A stretch of DNA of 64,000 nt from an uncultured Bacteroidota bacterium (lineage in GTDB: Bacteria; Bacteroidota; Bacteroidia; Flavobacteriales; Flavobacteriaceae). Made by a program: the position numbers and the translations under genes. A model generated the notes under the pieces. That model ran no database searches and was not told the origin of the DNA. It was given only the letters and a program-made list of their open reading frames with translations. The stretch's first letter is position 1. The number at the start of each line of letters is the position of its first letter. The stretch spans positions 13,936-77,935 of the forward strand of contig CACNIG010000004.1 of NCBI GenBank assembly GCA_902620455.1, read 5' to 3'. Of this stretch, positions 38,148 to 51,126 are shown piece after piece.

Positions 38148-38999
38148 ATGATAATTTCTCAAATTAAATGGTCCCCAACAGAGTATTTTGAAATATTTGG
38201 TTTCCAAATTTACATATATAGCTTGATGTTCATACTTGCCTTTCTTTTAGGTTATAATTTGGTAAAGTCATTTTTTATCAAAGAAAAAGTAGATGAAAAA
38301 TATCTAGATCCATTATTGATATACCTTGTCCTATCTGTTTTTCTTGGAGCCAGACTAGGTGAAGTTTTTTTCTATCAATGGGGGTACTATCAGAATCATT
38401 TAATCGAGATATTATTACCTATTCAAGAATCACCTAATTCATCAATATTAGGATTAATTGATGGCTATAAATTTACAGGTTTTAGGGGTCTTGCAAGTCA
38501 TGGAGCTGCAATTGGCATGACTATAGGTCTATTGATATTCAAAAGAAAATACAGTTTTAAGAGCCTTCTGTGGATTTTTGATAGGCTAACAATTCCAACT
38601 GCAATTGGTGGGGCTTTTGTTAGAATAGGAAATTTTTTTAATTCAGAAATATTAGGTAAATATACTGATAATGATTGGGGGGTAATTTTTGAAAATAGAG
38701 GTGAGGTATTACCTAGGCATCCAGCTCAATTATATGAATCATTTGGGTACATAATTCTTTTTATTATTCTTTACATTTTATATCACAGATCAACAATAAG
38801 AAATAATGAAGGTAGACTTTTTGGGTACTTTTTAATTGGTCTATTTTCTATTAGATTCATTGTAGAATTTGTAAAAGAAAGTCAAGGAGGTATTGAGACA
38901 TTTCTTCCAGGTCTCTCAACAGGTCAATGGTTGAGCATACCTTTTATTTTGATTGGAATTATATTCTTGTTTATCAGTAAAAAAAAGGCGGTTAACTAA
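38148..38999 (+). CDS. lgt: prolipoprotein diacylglyceryl transferase
   Basis: HGAAIG, RIGNFFNSE and HPAQLYES motifs. Start placed at the ATG after the yidD stop. The ORF also opens at 38112. Confidence 0.85.
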   Translation: MIISQIKWSPTEYFEIFGFQIYIYSLMFILAFLLGYNLVKSFFIKEKVDEKYLDPLLIYLVLSVFLGARLGEVFFYQWGYYQNHLIEILLPIQESPNSSILGLIDGYKFTGFRGLASHGAAIGMTIGLLIFKRKYSFKSLLWIFDRLTIPTAIGGAFVRIGNFFNSEILGKYTDNDWGVIFENRGEVLPRHPAQLYESFGYIILFIILYILYHRSTIRNNEGRLFGYFLIGLFSIRFIVEFVKESQGGIETFLPGLSTGQWLSIPFILIGIIFLFISKKKAVN

Positions 39000-41913
39000 C
39001 TTTCTCTTTATAAGAGTCGAACATAATTGGAGTAGCTATAAATACAGAAGAGTAAGTACCAACCATTACTCCTATGATAAGAGCAAACATAAATCCTCTA
39101 ATTGATTCCCCACCAAAAATAAATATTGCAATTAGTACAATAAGTGTAGTAAGTGAAGTATTAAGAGTCCTACTTAAGGTGCTGTTTAATGCAGTATTAA
39201 CAGTAGTTTCATTATCCCAAGATTTATGAATTCGGAAAAATTCTCTTATTCTATCAAAAACAACTACTGTATCGTTAAGCGAATAACCAATTACGGTTAA
39301 TAATGCAGCTATAAATGCTTGGTTTATCTCCATATTAAAAGGCATTATCTTGTATGTCAAAGAAAAAATACCAAGAACAATTAAAACATCATGGAATACA
39401 GCAGATACAGCCCCGAGCGAAAATTGCCATTTTTGAAATCTTAATAGAATATAAAAGAAAACAATTACAAGTGAACCAAAAATTGCCCATACAGAATTTT
39501 GTTTAATATCATCTGCAATGGTTGGTCCAACCTTAATACTGGACATAATACCTACATCCTCACCTGCTGTAAATTCAGTATATGAAATTTGATTATTATA
39601 CTGTTCATTAAGATTATCAAAAAGCATATTTTTTATTTCATCGTCAACAGCAAGACCTTCTTGATCTACTTTATATTTAGTAGTAATTTTTAATTGATTT
39701 GAAGCTCCAAAAGTTTTAACTTCAGCACTACCAAATGCATTGTTTAATGTTGACTCAATATCAGAAGACTTGACCTCTTTGTCAAATCTGACAATATATG
39801 ATCTCCCACCTAAGAAATCTACACCTTGATTTAGGCCTTGAAATAAAAGAGAACTAATACTTATTAAAATTAAAGTAGCAGATATTACATACGTTGCTCT
39901 TCTCTTACCTAGAAATTTAATTTTTAAATTACTAAATAAGTCTTTTGTAGACTTTGTCGAAAAGGATAACTTTCCTGACTTAAATACCTTGTTATCAATT
40001 AATAATCTAGTAATAAAAATTGCTGTAAATAATGAGGTTGCAATACCAATTAGTAATGTTGTTGCAAAACCTTTAATTGGGCCTGTTCCAAAAATATATA
40101 ATACAAGAGCTGTTAGTCCAGTTGTAATATTAGCATCTAAGATTGAAGATAACGCATTATTAAATCCATCATTTATTGATTGCTTCAAGCCCTTTTCTTT
40201 TCTTAATTCTTCTCTAACTCTTTCAAAGATGAGCACATTGGCATCTACAGATATACCTATCGTTAAAACAATACCTGCTATTCCAGGAAGTGTCAATACA
40301 GCTCCAAGTCCTGCTAAAATTCCAAATATTAAAACAATATTCAGTATTAATGCAACATCAGCAAAAATACCTGAAGGACCATAGTAAAAAATCATCCATA
40401 TTAATACGAATGTTAGTGCTATAAGAAAAGAATATATACCACTATCAATTGCTTCTTGACCTAGAGAGGGACCAACAACTTCAGATTGAATAATAGTTGC
40501 TGAGGCAGGCAACTTCCCTGCTCTTAAAACATTGGCTAAATCAATAGCCTCATTTAGGTCAAAGTCACCCGTAATTTCAGATCTACCTCCACTAATTGCA
40601 CCTCTAGTAACTCCAGGAGCGGAATAAATAATATCATCTAATACAATTGCAATGTTAGAATTTTGAGCATATGCTACGCCAGTTAAATCTTCCCATATTC
40701 TTGCCCCTTGAGCGTTCATCTGCATTGATACTGCAGCATTTCCAACAGCATCATAACTTTGTGATGCGTCTACAACAACACCACCACTTAAAGGAGGTGT
40801 ATCATCTCTATTTGATTTAATAGCATATAAACTGGTTAAACCGTCAGTATCTTGTTTACCCCAGAGGAATTTTGCATATCTATATTCTCTTGGAAGAAGT
40901 TTTCTAACTTCAGGAAGAGATAAATATGAATCCACTATATCCTGATCTCTTGGTAAAAATCTTGCAATTATTGGCCCACCTTGAAAACTGTATGCTCTGA
41001 CTAGGCTTAGAATTGGACTCGACGTATTTTGAATTGAGTCAGAAGTTTGTTCAACCTCTGATAAAAGATCATCTATATCAGACTCATCAGACTTTGATTC
41101 TATTTCTGTATTTATGGAGGCTAAATATTGATCAGCTGATACAAGAAAATCTAATAAACCTTCATTTTTAAATGTTTCCCAAAATTCTAATTGGGCAGTA
41201 CTTTGTAATAGGTTCTGTATTCTATCAACATCTTTAGCACCAGGTAATTCAATTAGTATCCTTCCTGAAGTACCAAGTCTTTGAATGTTGGGTTGAGTCA
41301 CTCCAAATTTGTCAATACGTTTTCTTAAAACCTCAAATGCAGAAATAATTGACTCATCAACTTTTGTTCTAAGAATAGATTTCATATCATCATCAGATGT
41401 ATCAAAAGAAACATCTGAACTTAACGTTCTGTTCCCAAAAATTTCTGGAGATGTTAATCTAGTTGGGTCATTATTTGAATCAAAAGCATCAAAGAAAGAT
41501 TCTAAATAAGTCTGGTCTGATTGTTTTTGAAGCTCATCAGCTTCATCAAGCGATTGAATAAATTTTTGATTTACTGAATTTTCTGAAAGACCCTTAAGTA
41601 AATCTTTAATTGAAATTTGAAGTATGACATTAATTCCACCCTTTAAATCAAGACCTTGATTTAATTCTTTTTGTTTAGCATCATTGTATGATGAATACAT
41701 CAATACTGGTAAATCACCTATGGAGTCAAGAAACCTTATTTCCTCACTGGCTCTTTTTTCTGCAAAAGAAATTTCGTCTTCAGATATTTTTTCAATAGCT
41801 GCTTTTCTAGCTTTACTCTCAAGCGTTGAGGATATAAAAGTAAAAGACAATTGGTATATACTTACAATACCAAATAAAATTGCGAAAGTTTTAATTAATG
41901 AATTTCCTTGCAT
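38992..41913 (-). CDS. secDF: fused protein translocase subunits SecD/SecF
   Basis: 973 aa with two 6-TM modules, GLDLKGG, and VDANVLIFERVREE / NDTVVVFDRIRE motifs. Confidence 0.95.
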   Translation of the reverse strand: MQGNSLIKTFAILFGIVSIYQLSFTFISSTLESKARKAAIEKISEDEISFAEKRASEEIRFLDSIGDLPVLMYSSYNDAKQKELNQGLDLKGGINVILQISIKDLLKGLSENSVNQKFIQSLDEADELQKQSDQTYLESFFDAFDSNNDPTRLTSPEIFGNRTLSSDVSFDTSDDDMKSILRTKVDESIISAFEVLRKRIDKFGVTQPNIQRLGTSGRILIELPGAKDVDRIQNLLQSTAQLEFWETFKNEGLLDFLVSADQYLASINTEIESKSDESDIDDLLSEVEQTSDSIQNTSSPILSLVRAYSFQGGPIIARFLPRDQDIVDSYLSLPEVRKLLPREYRYAKFLWGKQDTDGLTSLYAIKSNRDDTPPLSGGVVVDASQSYDAVGNAAVSMQMNAQGARIWEDLTGVAYAQNSNIAIVLDDIIYSAPGVTRGAISGGRSEITGDFDLNEAIDLANVLRAGKLPASATIIQSEVVGPSLGQEAIDSGIYSFLIALTFVLIWMIFYYGPSGIFADVALILNIVLIFGILAGLGAVLTLPGIAGIVLTIGISVDANVLIFERVREELRKEKGLKQSINDGFNNALSSILDANITTGLTALVLYIFGTGPIKGFATTLLIGIATSLFTAIFITRLLIDNKVFKSGKLSFSTKSTKDLFSNLKIKFLGKRRATYVISATLILISISSLLFQGLNQGVDFLGGRSYIVRFDKEVKSSDIESTLNNAFGSAEVKTFGASNQLKITTKYKVDQEGLAVDDEIKNMLFDNLNEQYNNQISYTEFTAGEDVGIMSSIKVGPTIADDIKQNSVWAIFGSLVIVFFYILLRFQKWQFSLGAVSAVFHDVLIVLGIFSLTYKIMPFNMEINQAFIAALLTVIGYSLNDTVVVFDRIREFFRIHKSWDNETTVNTALNSTLSRTLNTSLTTLIVLIAIFIFGGESIRGFMFALIIGVMVGTYSSVFIATPIMFDSYKEKVS

Positions 41914-41969
41914 GATACAATTTTAATGCCTGCAAATATAACATTTGAATATTGAACAAACAACTTTAT

Positions 41970-42902
41970 CTAAATTAAACCATCCAAGGCTAAATTGGTT
42001 TGTTTTACAGCTTTTACACTATTTTCAAACATATCCATTTCATTTTTATTAATATCTAGATCAACAACTTCCTCAAATCCCTTTTTACCAATTATTACAG
42101 GGACTCCTATGCACAAATCCCTAGCATTATACTCCCCTTCTAAATATACTGAGCAGGGAAGCATTTCTTTTGTGTCATTGATTATTGCATTAACTAAATA
42201 TGAAACTGAGGCGCCTGGTGCATACCAAGCAGAAGTACCCAATAGTTTCGTCAGAGTTGCTCCACCAACCATAGTATCTGAAGAAATTTTTTCAAGTATA
42301 TCTTTTGAAACAATCTCAGATAAAAGTTTATCCTTACATTTTGAAATAGAGGTTAAAGGAATCATTGTTGTATCTCCATGACCACCAATAACCATAGCAT
42401 CAATATCATGTTGAGAGAAATTAGTTTCTAGGGAAATGTAAGTCTTAAATCTGGAGCTATCAAGAATACCGCCCATTCCTATCACCCTATTCTTAGGAAT
42501 ATCAAATGATTTGTTTACTAGATATGTCATCGTATCCATTGGATTAGATACAACAATTATTATTGCCTCAGGAGAATTTTTCAATAAGTTTTCTGAAACA
42601 GACTTAACTATGCCTGCGTTAATTCCAATTAACTCCTCTCTTGTCATACCAGGTTTTCTTGGTATTCCTGATGTTATTACTACAACATCACTATTAGAAG
42701 TTCTGGAATAGTCATTTGTGACTCCAGTAACTTTTGATTTAAATCCAAGTGTTGAGGAGGTCTGAGTTAGATCAAGAGCCTTACCTTCGGCAAAGCCTTC
42801 TTTAATATCAAGTAGAACAATTTCGTCTACAATTTCTTTAATTAGGATATATTCTGCACAAGATGCTCCAACATTCCCTGCACCAACGATACTAACTTTC
42901 AT
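41970..42902 (-). CDS. mdh: malate dehydrogenase (LDH-like family)
   Basis: MKVSIVGAGNVG, GIPRKPGMTREEL and GGHGD motifs. Confidence 0.95.
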   Translation of the reverse strand: MKVSIVGAGNVGASCAEYILIKEIVDEIVLLDIKEGFAEGKALDLTQTSSTLGFKSKVTGVTNDYSRTSNSDVVVITSGIPRKPGMTREELIGINAGIVKSVSENLLKNSPEAIIIVVSNPMDTMTYLVNKSFDIPKNRVIGMGGILDSSRFKTYISLETNFSQHDIDAMVIGGHGDTTMIPLTSISKCKDKLLSEIVSKDILEKISSDTMVGGATLTKLLGTSAWYAPGASVSYLVNAIINDTKEMLPCSVYLEGEYNARDLCIGVPVIIGKKGFEEVVDLDINKNEMDMFENSVKAVKQTNLALDGLI

Positions 42903-42904
42903 AT

Positions 42905-44854
<1,950 letters not shown>

Positions 44855-44944
44855 TTAGCTTAAAAATATACACATAAATATACGAAAAAATGAGGGGGTA
44901 AAAAGGCTGAAAAAGCCAGTATTTATAGTAAACTTATCAACATT

Positions 44945-46612
44945 TTATTCATAAGATTCATTATGAATATTTGAGATTGAACGACCACTTGGATCATTCA
45001 TATTTTTAAATGCTTCATCCCATAGAAGAGCTTCTGGTGTGCTACAAGCGACAGAAGGTACAGATGGGACAGATTTTGCAGCAGCATCACTAGAAAAATG
45101 ATCATTAAATATTAACCTATAGTAGAATTCTTCCTTATTCTGCGGTGGATTTATGGGAAATATATTTGATGAATTTTTAAAGTCTGAATCAGAGACTTCA
45201 TTTTCAACAAGTTCTTTTAAACTATCAATCCAAGAGTATCCAACTCCATCAGAGAATTGTTCCTTTTGTCTCCAAAGAACACTCTCAGGTAAATAGTCTT
45301 TAAAAGCTTCTCTTAGAACCCACTTTTCAATTCTACCATTTTTGATCATTTTATCTTCAGGGTTTATCTCCATAGCTACATCAATAAATTGCTTATCAAG
45401 AAAAGGGACTCTTCCCTCAATTCCCCATGCGGCAAGGGATTTATTTGCCCTCAGACAATCGTATTGATGGAGTTTATTAAGCTTTCTAACTGTTTCTTCA
45501 TGAAATTCTTTTGAATCAGGTGCTTTGTGAAAATAAAGATATCCACCAAATAATTCGTCAGCTCCCTCTCCTGAAAGCACCATTTTTATTCCAAGTGATT
45601 TAATTGCTCTTGCCATCAAGTACATAGGTGTAGAAGCTCTAACTGTCGTTACATCATAGGTTTCTAGGTGATAAATTACGTCCCTTATGGCATCTATCCC
45701 CTCTTGAACTGTAAAATTAATTTCATGATGGACTGTTCCGATATGATCTGCAACTATTTTTGCAGCTTTTAAATCAGGAGCTCCTTTTAATCCAACAGAA
45801 AAAGAGTGAAGTTGTGGCCACCATGCATCTTGCTTATCATCAGACTCAATCCTTTTAGATGCGTACTTTTTTGCAAGTGCAGAGGTAATTGAAGAATCTA
45901 ACCCGCCGGATAACAATACGCCGTAAGGAACGTCACTCATCAATTGTCTCTTGACTGCAGCTGACAAGGAATCATGGATTTCTTTAATTTTTGTTTCTGA
46001 GTTTTTTACACTTTCGTATGATTTCCATTTAGGATCATACCATTTTGTTAATTTATCAGTTTTACTATCTAAATAATGGCCAGGAGGAAATAACTCAATC
46101 TTCTCACATACACCTTCTAATGATTTAAGCTCAGATGAAACATAAAAAATGTTTTCTTTGTCCCAGCCAATATATAGTGGTATTATACCCATATGATCTC
46201 TTGCTACTATATATTTGTTTTCGGATGAATCATATAAAGCAAAAGCAAAAATCCCGTTAAGATCGTTTAAAAAATTAATCCCTTTTTTTTCATAAAGTGC
46301 TAGTAATACTTCACAGTCTGATTCCGTTTTAAAATTATAGTCAGAGGTATATTTCTCTTTAAGTTCTTTATGATTGTATATTTCTCCATTAACAGCAATT
46401 ACTTTATTGCCGTCATCAGATATTATGGGTTGTTTTCCAGAGGTAGGATCAACAATAGCTAACCTCTCATGTGCAAGAACAGCATTGTTATCTGAATATA
46501 TTCCACTCCAATCAGGGCCACGATGTCTTACCTTCTTGGCCATTTTTAGGACATTAGACCTTACAAAATCACTATTGCTTTTTATATCAAAAGCACAAAC
46601 AATTCCACACAT
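44945..46612 (-). CDS. asnB: asparagine synthase (glutamine-hydrolysing)
   Basis: MCGI N-terminal nucleophile and SGGLDSS PP-loop, 555 aa. Confidence 0.95.
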   Translation of the reverse strand: MCGIVCAFDIKSNSDFVRSNVLKMAKKVRHRGPDWSGIYSDNNAVLAHERLAIVDPTSGKQPIISDDGNKVIAVNGEIYNHKELKEKYTSDYNFKTESDCEVLLALYEKKGINFLNDLNGIFAFALYDSSENKYIVARDHMGIIPLYIGWDKENIFYVSSELKSLEGVCEKIELFPPGHYLDSKTDKLTKWYDPKWKSYESVKNSETKIKEIHDSLSAAVKRQLMSDVPYGVLLSGGLDSSITSALAKKYASKRIESDDKQDAWWPQLHSFSVGLKGAPDLKAAKIVADHIGTVHHEINFTVQEGIDAIRDVIYHLETYDVTTVRASTPMYLMARAIKSLGIKMVLSGEGADELFGGYLYFHKAPDSKEFHEETVRKLNKLHQYDCLRANKSLAAWGIEGRVPFLDKQFIDVAMEINPEDKMIKNGRIEKWVLREAFKDYLPESVLWRQKEQFSDGVGYSWIDSLKELVENEVSDSDFKNSSNIFPINPPQNKEEFYYRLIFNDHFSSDAAAKSVPSVPSVACSTPEALLWDEAFKNMNDPSGRSISNIHNESYE

Positions 46613-46615
46613 ATA

Positions 46616-48238
46616 TTAGTTGTATCTTCTATTAAAGACTAGCTCACCATTTACAAACGTTGCAACAACCTTAGTGTTAGGTATTGAGGCTTCTGAGGAT
46701 CTTAGAATATCATTGTCAAGAATAATAAAATCAGCATCTTTTCCAACTTCGATACTTCCTTTTTCATTTTCCTCAAAATTAGCATATGCACCGAAAATTG
46801 TCATTGCATAAAGAGCATCTGCTCTATTTATCATATTCTCAGTCTGAAACCCATCCTCTGGATACCCGTCTTTGTCTTTTCTTGCAGTTGCAGAGTAAAA
46901 TGTCATAATTGGATTTATATCCTCAACTGGAAAATCAGTTCCAAAGGCAATAACAGTTGATTTTTCTAAAAGATCTTGATAAGCATAAGCATGTTTTGCT
47001 CTTTTTTTGCCTATCCGATCATAAAGCCAATACATATCACTAGTTGCATGTGTTGGTTGTACAGAGGGAATAATTTTTTGATTAAATAACTCAATATCAT
47101 CCTCATTCACAACTTGAGCGTGTTCAATACGCCACCTTGGATCTCGAAAATTAAACAAAGCATCTCTGTATGCATTTAAAACAATTCTATTAGCGTTATC
47201 ACCAATTGCGTGAGTGTTCATCTGAAAATTAGTTCCCGCCAATTTAAATGCTAGACTTTGGATTGAATCAATTGGAGTTCTTATTATCCCAAAGTAACCT
47301 TTCCTGTCTGAGTATTCATCGATCATACTAGCACCTCTAGAACCTAAAGCCCCATCAACATAAACTTTAACAGATCTAACATTTAGCCTATCTGTTTTAT
47401 ATGGACCCTGACTTAAATAATAATCAACATCAGGTCCATTATCAATCATTGCATAAATTTTTATTTTAAGTATTCCTGATTTTTGTAAACTATCAATTAA
47501 TTCAATTTGTTTTCTTGAAATACCTGCTTCTGAAACTGTTGTCAAACCATTTTCAAATGCCATCTCTTGAGCAGAGAGCAATGCCTGTATAGATTCTTCT
47601 TCAGTTGGTTCAGGAATTATATCATCAATTAGTTGCATTGAATTATCAACAAGAACTCCTGTTAATTTTCCATTTTTTTTGATAAACTCCCCACCTTCAA
47701 TTTTCGATGAATTATTAATACCTGCAAGATCTAATGCATAGTCGTTAACAAAATATGCATGTCCGTCAATTCTTCCTAAAATAACTGCCTTGTCAGGAAA
47801 TGCTTCATTTAATAGATTATTGGCAGGTAGGGATTTAACATCCCAATCATTTTGATCCCAACCTCTACCAATTATAAATTTTTTATTGTTCACCTTATCA
47901 AATTCTATTACTTTCTCAACAATTTCATCAAGACTTTTCGTTCCTTTTAAGTCTAATTGAGCATTTGAAAACCCAAGGCCGTAAAAATGTGCATGAGAAT
48001 CAATAAAGCCTGGGTAAACTGGAAGACCCTCAGCATTGATGATATTAGATGAGGAGTATTTAGAAATTGCAGAGTCGTGTCCTACATAGATAAACTTACC
48101 ATCTTTTACTGCAAAAGAAGTGGCTAAAGGACTTGAATCATTTGAGGTAAAAACTTCTGCATTGTAAACAATTAAATCAGCCTTTTCAGCACATGAAGTC
48201 AAAAGAAGGAGTAATAATATTAATAATTTTTTACCCAT
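46616..48238 (-). CDS. amidohydrolase-family (YtcJ-like) metal-dependent hydrolase lipoprotein
   Basis: Lipobox LTSCA, GFIDSHAHF and a C-terminal GKDADFIILD motif. Confidence 0.8.
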   Translation of the reverse strand: MGKKLLILLLLLLTSCAEKADLIVYNAEVFTSNDSSPLATSFAVKDGKFIYVGHDSAISKYSSSNIINAEGLPVYPGFIDSHAHFYGLGFSNAQLDLKGTKSLDEIVEKVIEFDKVNNKKFIIGRGWDQNDWDVKSLPANNLLNEAFPDKAVILGRIDGHAYFVNDYALDLAGINNSSKIEGGEFIKKNGKLTGVLVDNSMQLIDDIIPEPTEEESIQALLSAQEMAFENGLTTVSEAGISRKQIELIDSLQKSGILKIKIYAMIDNGPDVDYYLSQGPYKTDRLNVRSVKVYVDGALGSRGASMIDEYSDRKGYFGIIRTPIDSIQSLAFKLAGTNFQMNTHAIGDNANRIVLNAYRDALFNFRDPRWRIEHAQVVNEDDIELFNQKIIPSVQPTHATSDMYWLYDRIGKKRAKHAYAYQDLLEKSTVIAFGTDFPVEDINPIMTFYSATARKDKDGYPEDGFQTENMINRADALYAMTIFGAYANFEENEKGSIEVGKDADFIILDNDILRSSEASIPNTKVVATFVNGELVFNRRYN

Positions 48239-48351
48239 AAAAAATGAAAGTACAAATTAAGGGAAATGATATATATCTAACAAAAAAAACTAAATAATAA
48301 TTAACAATTTCGTGTAACAATAATTTGTTAATTTGCCATATAAATTCAATC

Positions 48352-49023
48352 ATGTTGGTAGAAATTGAAAATACTGATCTATCCATTGGAAATGAAAGCA
48401 TACTAAAAAATATAAATTTTAGCCTTTCTAAAGGTGAAATGAAATTTCTAATTGGAAAAACTGGTAGTGGAAAAACAACTTTCATTAACTCGATTTTTGG
48501 AAATTTAAAACCTTCAAAATCTAATTTATTCAAAGTAATTGGTTATGATATTAATAATCTAAGTGAAAGTAAGATACCTTACTTAAGAAGAAAGATTGGA
48601 TTTGTGTTTCAAGATTTTAAATTACTGAATGACAGAAGTATACGTGATAATCTTAGATTTGTACTTGAGGCTACTGGTTGGATAGAAAAAGATAAAATCG
48701 ATAATCAAATTTCCAAAGTACTAGATTTAGTTGGCTTTAATTCTCCCATCAGTAAATTTCCAAATGAATTATCTGGAGGTGAACAACAAAGGGTTGCAAT
48801 CGCTAGATCAATGTTAAATAATCCTGAATTAATTATTGCTGATGAACCAACGGGAAATTTAGATCCTGAAACTAGTTTAGAAATAATTTCTCTTTTTAAA
48901 AAGTTAAACTCAATTGGAACTTCTATGATTATTGCTACACACGATTATAATCTAATTCTTAAATTAGATGGAGAAGTTTATAAGTGTGAAGATGGAAGTA
49001 TATTTGAAGTTAAAAGAAAGTAA
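48352..49023 (+). CDS. ftsE: FtsE-like ABC ATPase
   Basis: GKTGSGKTT, LSGGEQQRVAIAR and IIADEPTGNLD motifs. Start placed at the internal ATG MLVEIEN. Confidence 0.8.
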   Translation: MLVEIENTDLSIGNESILKNINFSLSKGEMKFLIGKTGSGKTTFINSIFGNLKPSKSNLFKVIGYDINNLSESKIPYLRRKIGFVFQDFKLLNDRSIRDNLRFVLEATGWIEKDKIDNQISKVLDLVGFNSPISKFPNELSGGEQQRVAIARSMLNNPELIIADEPTGNLDPETSLEIISLFKKLNSIGTSMIIATHDYNLILKLDGEVYKCEDGSIFEVKRK

Positions 49024-49025
49024 AT

Positions 49026-49826
49026 ATGATTACAGATAAAATATCTAAAGATAAATTTCTATTAATAGCAGGTCCATGTGCAATTGAAGGGGATGAAGTT
49101 GCTTTTAGTATTGCAGAGAATCTTATATCCATTACCTCAAAATTATCTATACCTCTAATATTTAAAGGGAGTTACAGAAAAGCAAACAGAACAAGACTAG
49201 ATAGTTTTACTGGAATTGGAGATTTAAAAGCATTGAAGATATTAAAAGAAATCAACACTAAGTATGATATACCTGTTATAACAGATATACATAGTAAGGA
49301 TGAAGCTGAGTTGGCTGCAGAATATGTTGATATAATTCAAATTCCAGCTTTTTTAGCTAGACAGACAGATATACTTGTAAATGCAGCTAAAACAAAAAAA
49401 ACAATTAATATAAAAAAAGGGCAGTTTATGAGTGCTGAAAGCATGAAATATGCAGTTGATAAAGTAAAACAATCTGGTAATGATAATGTTATTATAACAG
49501 AAAGAGGGACTCAATTTGGATATAATGATCTAATTGTTGACTTTAGAGGAATCTCAGAGTTAAAAAAATTAGCACCTACTATTTTAGATGTGACTCACTC
49601 AGTTCAAAAACCAAATCAAATTTCAGGAATTACAGGAGGAAGTCCTGAGCACATTGAGTCACTAGCAAGAGCTGGAATAGTCAATAATATAGATGGAATT
49701 TTTCTTGAGACACATACTAACCCATCTGAAGCAAAAAGTGATGGATCTAATATGCTAGATATTAAAAACCTTGAAAACTTGTTACACAATCTTCTAGAAT
49801 TAAGAGAAGCATCATCTAAACTATAA
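49026..49826 (+). CDS. kdsA: 3-deoxy-8-phosphooctulonate synthase
   Basis: AGPCAIE, KGSYRKANRT, QIPAFLARQTD and DVTHSVQ motifs. Confidence 0.92.
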   Translation: MITDKISKDKFLLIAGPCAIEGDEVAFSIAENLISITSKLSIPLIFKGSYRKANRTRLDSFTGIGDLKALKILKEINTKYDIPVITDIHSKDEAELAAEYVDIIQIPAFLARQTDILVNAAKTKKTINIKKGQFMSAESMKYAVDKVKQSGNDNVIITERGTQFGYNDLIVDFRGISELKKLAPTILDVTHSVQKPNQISGITGGSPEHIESLARAGIVNNIDGIFLETHTNPSEAKSDGSNMLDIKNLENLLHNLLELREASSKL

Positions 49827-49871
49827 TCTGAATTATTATATCTTTGCAAATCTATTGTACTTTGAAATTTT

Positions 49872-50266
49872 GGGGTCGACAGGTTTTGACAGCAAGACTA
49901 ATTTTTTTATTAGCAGGTCGAGGTTTGAAAATAAACTCGTTAAATTAATTTTCAACTTTTAAATGGCGAAAATAACTACGCTCTAGCTGCATAATTGACT
50001 GAATTATAGTAAGTCTTTGCAAATCTCAACAAGGTTGAGAAGCTAGATATCTCCTAAAGACTTTGATTAACAGTTTTTATATATGAGATACCATTAAGTT
50101 AATCTAGAATTTTATTGTCACTGAATAAAATTTTAAATTAAAGTGATAAGGATAATATTTTGGTTGTTATCTACCAAGTATTTTCTCGAAAATTTAAAGA
50201 TAAATAAGCTTGTAGAAGGTAACTTAATTACTTGTATGGACGCGGGTTCGAATCCCGCCGACTCCA
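49872..50266 (+). ncRNA. ssrA: tmRNA (ssrA), one-piece; tag ORF 49965-49994 encodes GENNYALAA
   Basis: 5' ggggtcg pairs with 3' cgactcc, including the G3-U pair. T arm gcggg-ttcgaat-cccgc. The tag reading frame ggcgaaaataactacgctctagctgcataa ends in TAA. Confidence 0.9.
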
Positions 50267-50351
50267 CAAATTCTATTTTATTTCTAGTTTTATTTTTAAT
50301 CAATCAAATTCTTTATTAAATTGAGGTAATCAATCAAACTAATTTATAATT

Positions 50352-51107
50352 ATGAAAAATTTATTATTAACACTTACATTATTATTTACCTTTTCTATTA
50401 ATGCTCAATATGCAGTTATGTATGCAGTTGATCTTAATGAAGGGGCTGAACAAGATTATCTGAAACTTGAGGCATTCTGGTCTGAGATTCATAAAGAAGC
50501 TATTAAACAAGGCTCTCAAAATGGATGGTCAGTTTGGAAAAGAACACCTAAAGAAACAGATGAAGCTAGTGCGCCGGAATACATAATCTTCGATGGATTC
50601 GAATCTGAAGAAAAGATGAATGCCGGTTATAATGGGACTGAATTAGCTTTTCAAGCTTACAAGGGCAAAATGTCCAGAAGAAGTATTCAGAGAATGCTTG
50701 ATCAAACAGGTTCCGAAAGTAAAGAAAGGAGAACTTATCAACTTAAAGGAGTTGCTGCAACAATACTTGCAGGTGGTGACATTAAAAAAGGTGATAAGAT
50801 GTCGGTTAACTTTATGAATAAGAAAACTGATGATTTTGAAAATTATGAAACTCAAGTATGGAAACCAGTTGCTGAAAAAAATATTCTTGCTGGTAATTTA
50901 AGACAGTGGATTTTAGTTGAAGCAATTGGCAGATCAGAAAATGCTTATTCTGGTTGGACTCATTTAGTGTTTAATGTACAAGCTGAAAATCCAGGAGACC
51001 CTGTTATGATGTCTGGTTTTAAATGGGATAAGCTTTGGGAAGGGATTGAATCATCAAGAGATATGAGTGAAGCAGATGAATTAGTCTGTGTTTATTCTAT
51101 GAACTAA
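50352..51107 (+). CDS. secreted hypothetical protein, paralog 1
   Basis: Signal peptide ending INAQ. Shares AQYA, YLxLEAF, DDFExYE and ENAY blocks with the next gene. Confidence 0.6.
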   Translation: MKNLLLTLTLLFTFSINAQYAVMYAVDLNEGAEQDYLKLEAFWSEIHKEAIKQGSQNGWSVWKRTPKETDEASAPEYIIFDGFESEEKMNAGYNGTELAFQAYKGKMSRRSIQRMLDQTGSESKERRTYQLKGVAATILAGGDIKKGDKMSVNFMNKKTDDFENYETQVWKPVAEKNILAGNLRQWILVEAIGRSENAYSGWTHLVFNVQAENPGDPVMMSGFKWDKLWEGIESSRDMSEADELVCVYSMN

Positions 51108-51126
51108 TAACTAAAAATTAAAAATT

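Noticed and set aside
39989-42381. Long antisense ORFs inside secDF (131 aa) and mdh (128 aa)
   Set aside because: Both lie entirely within strongly recognisable housekeeping genes on the other strand. Their low-complexity shadow-frame composition gives no independent support.
48231-48533. 100-aa minus-strand ORF spanning the amidohydrolase/ftsE intergenic region
   Set aside because: It overlaps the FtsE P-loop region in antisense, and its first 8 nt overlap the N-terminal codons of the same-strand amidohydrolase gene. It has no recognisable features.
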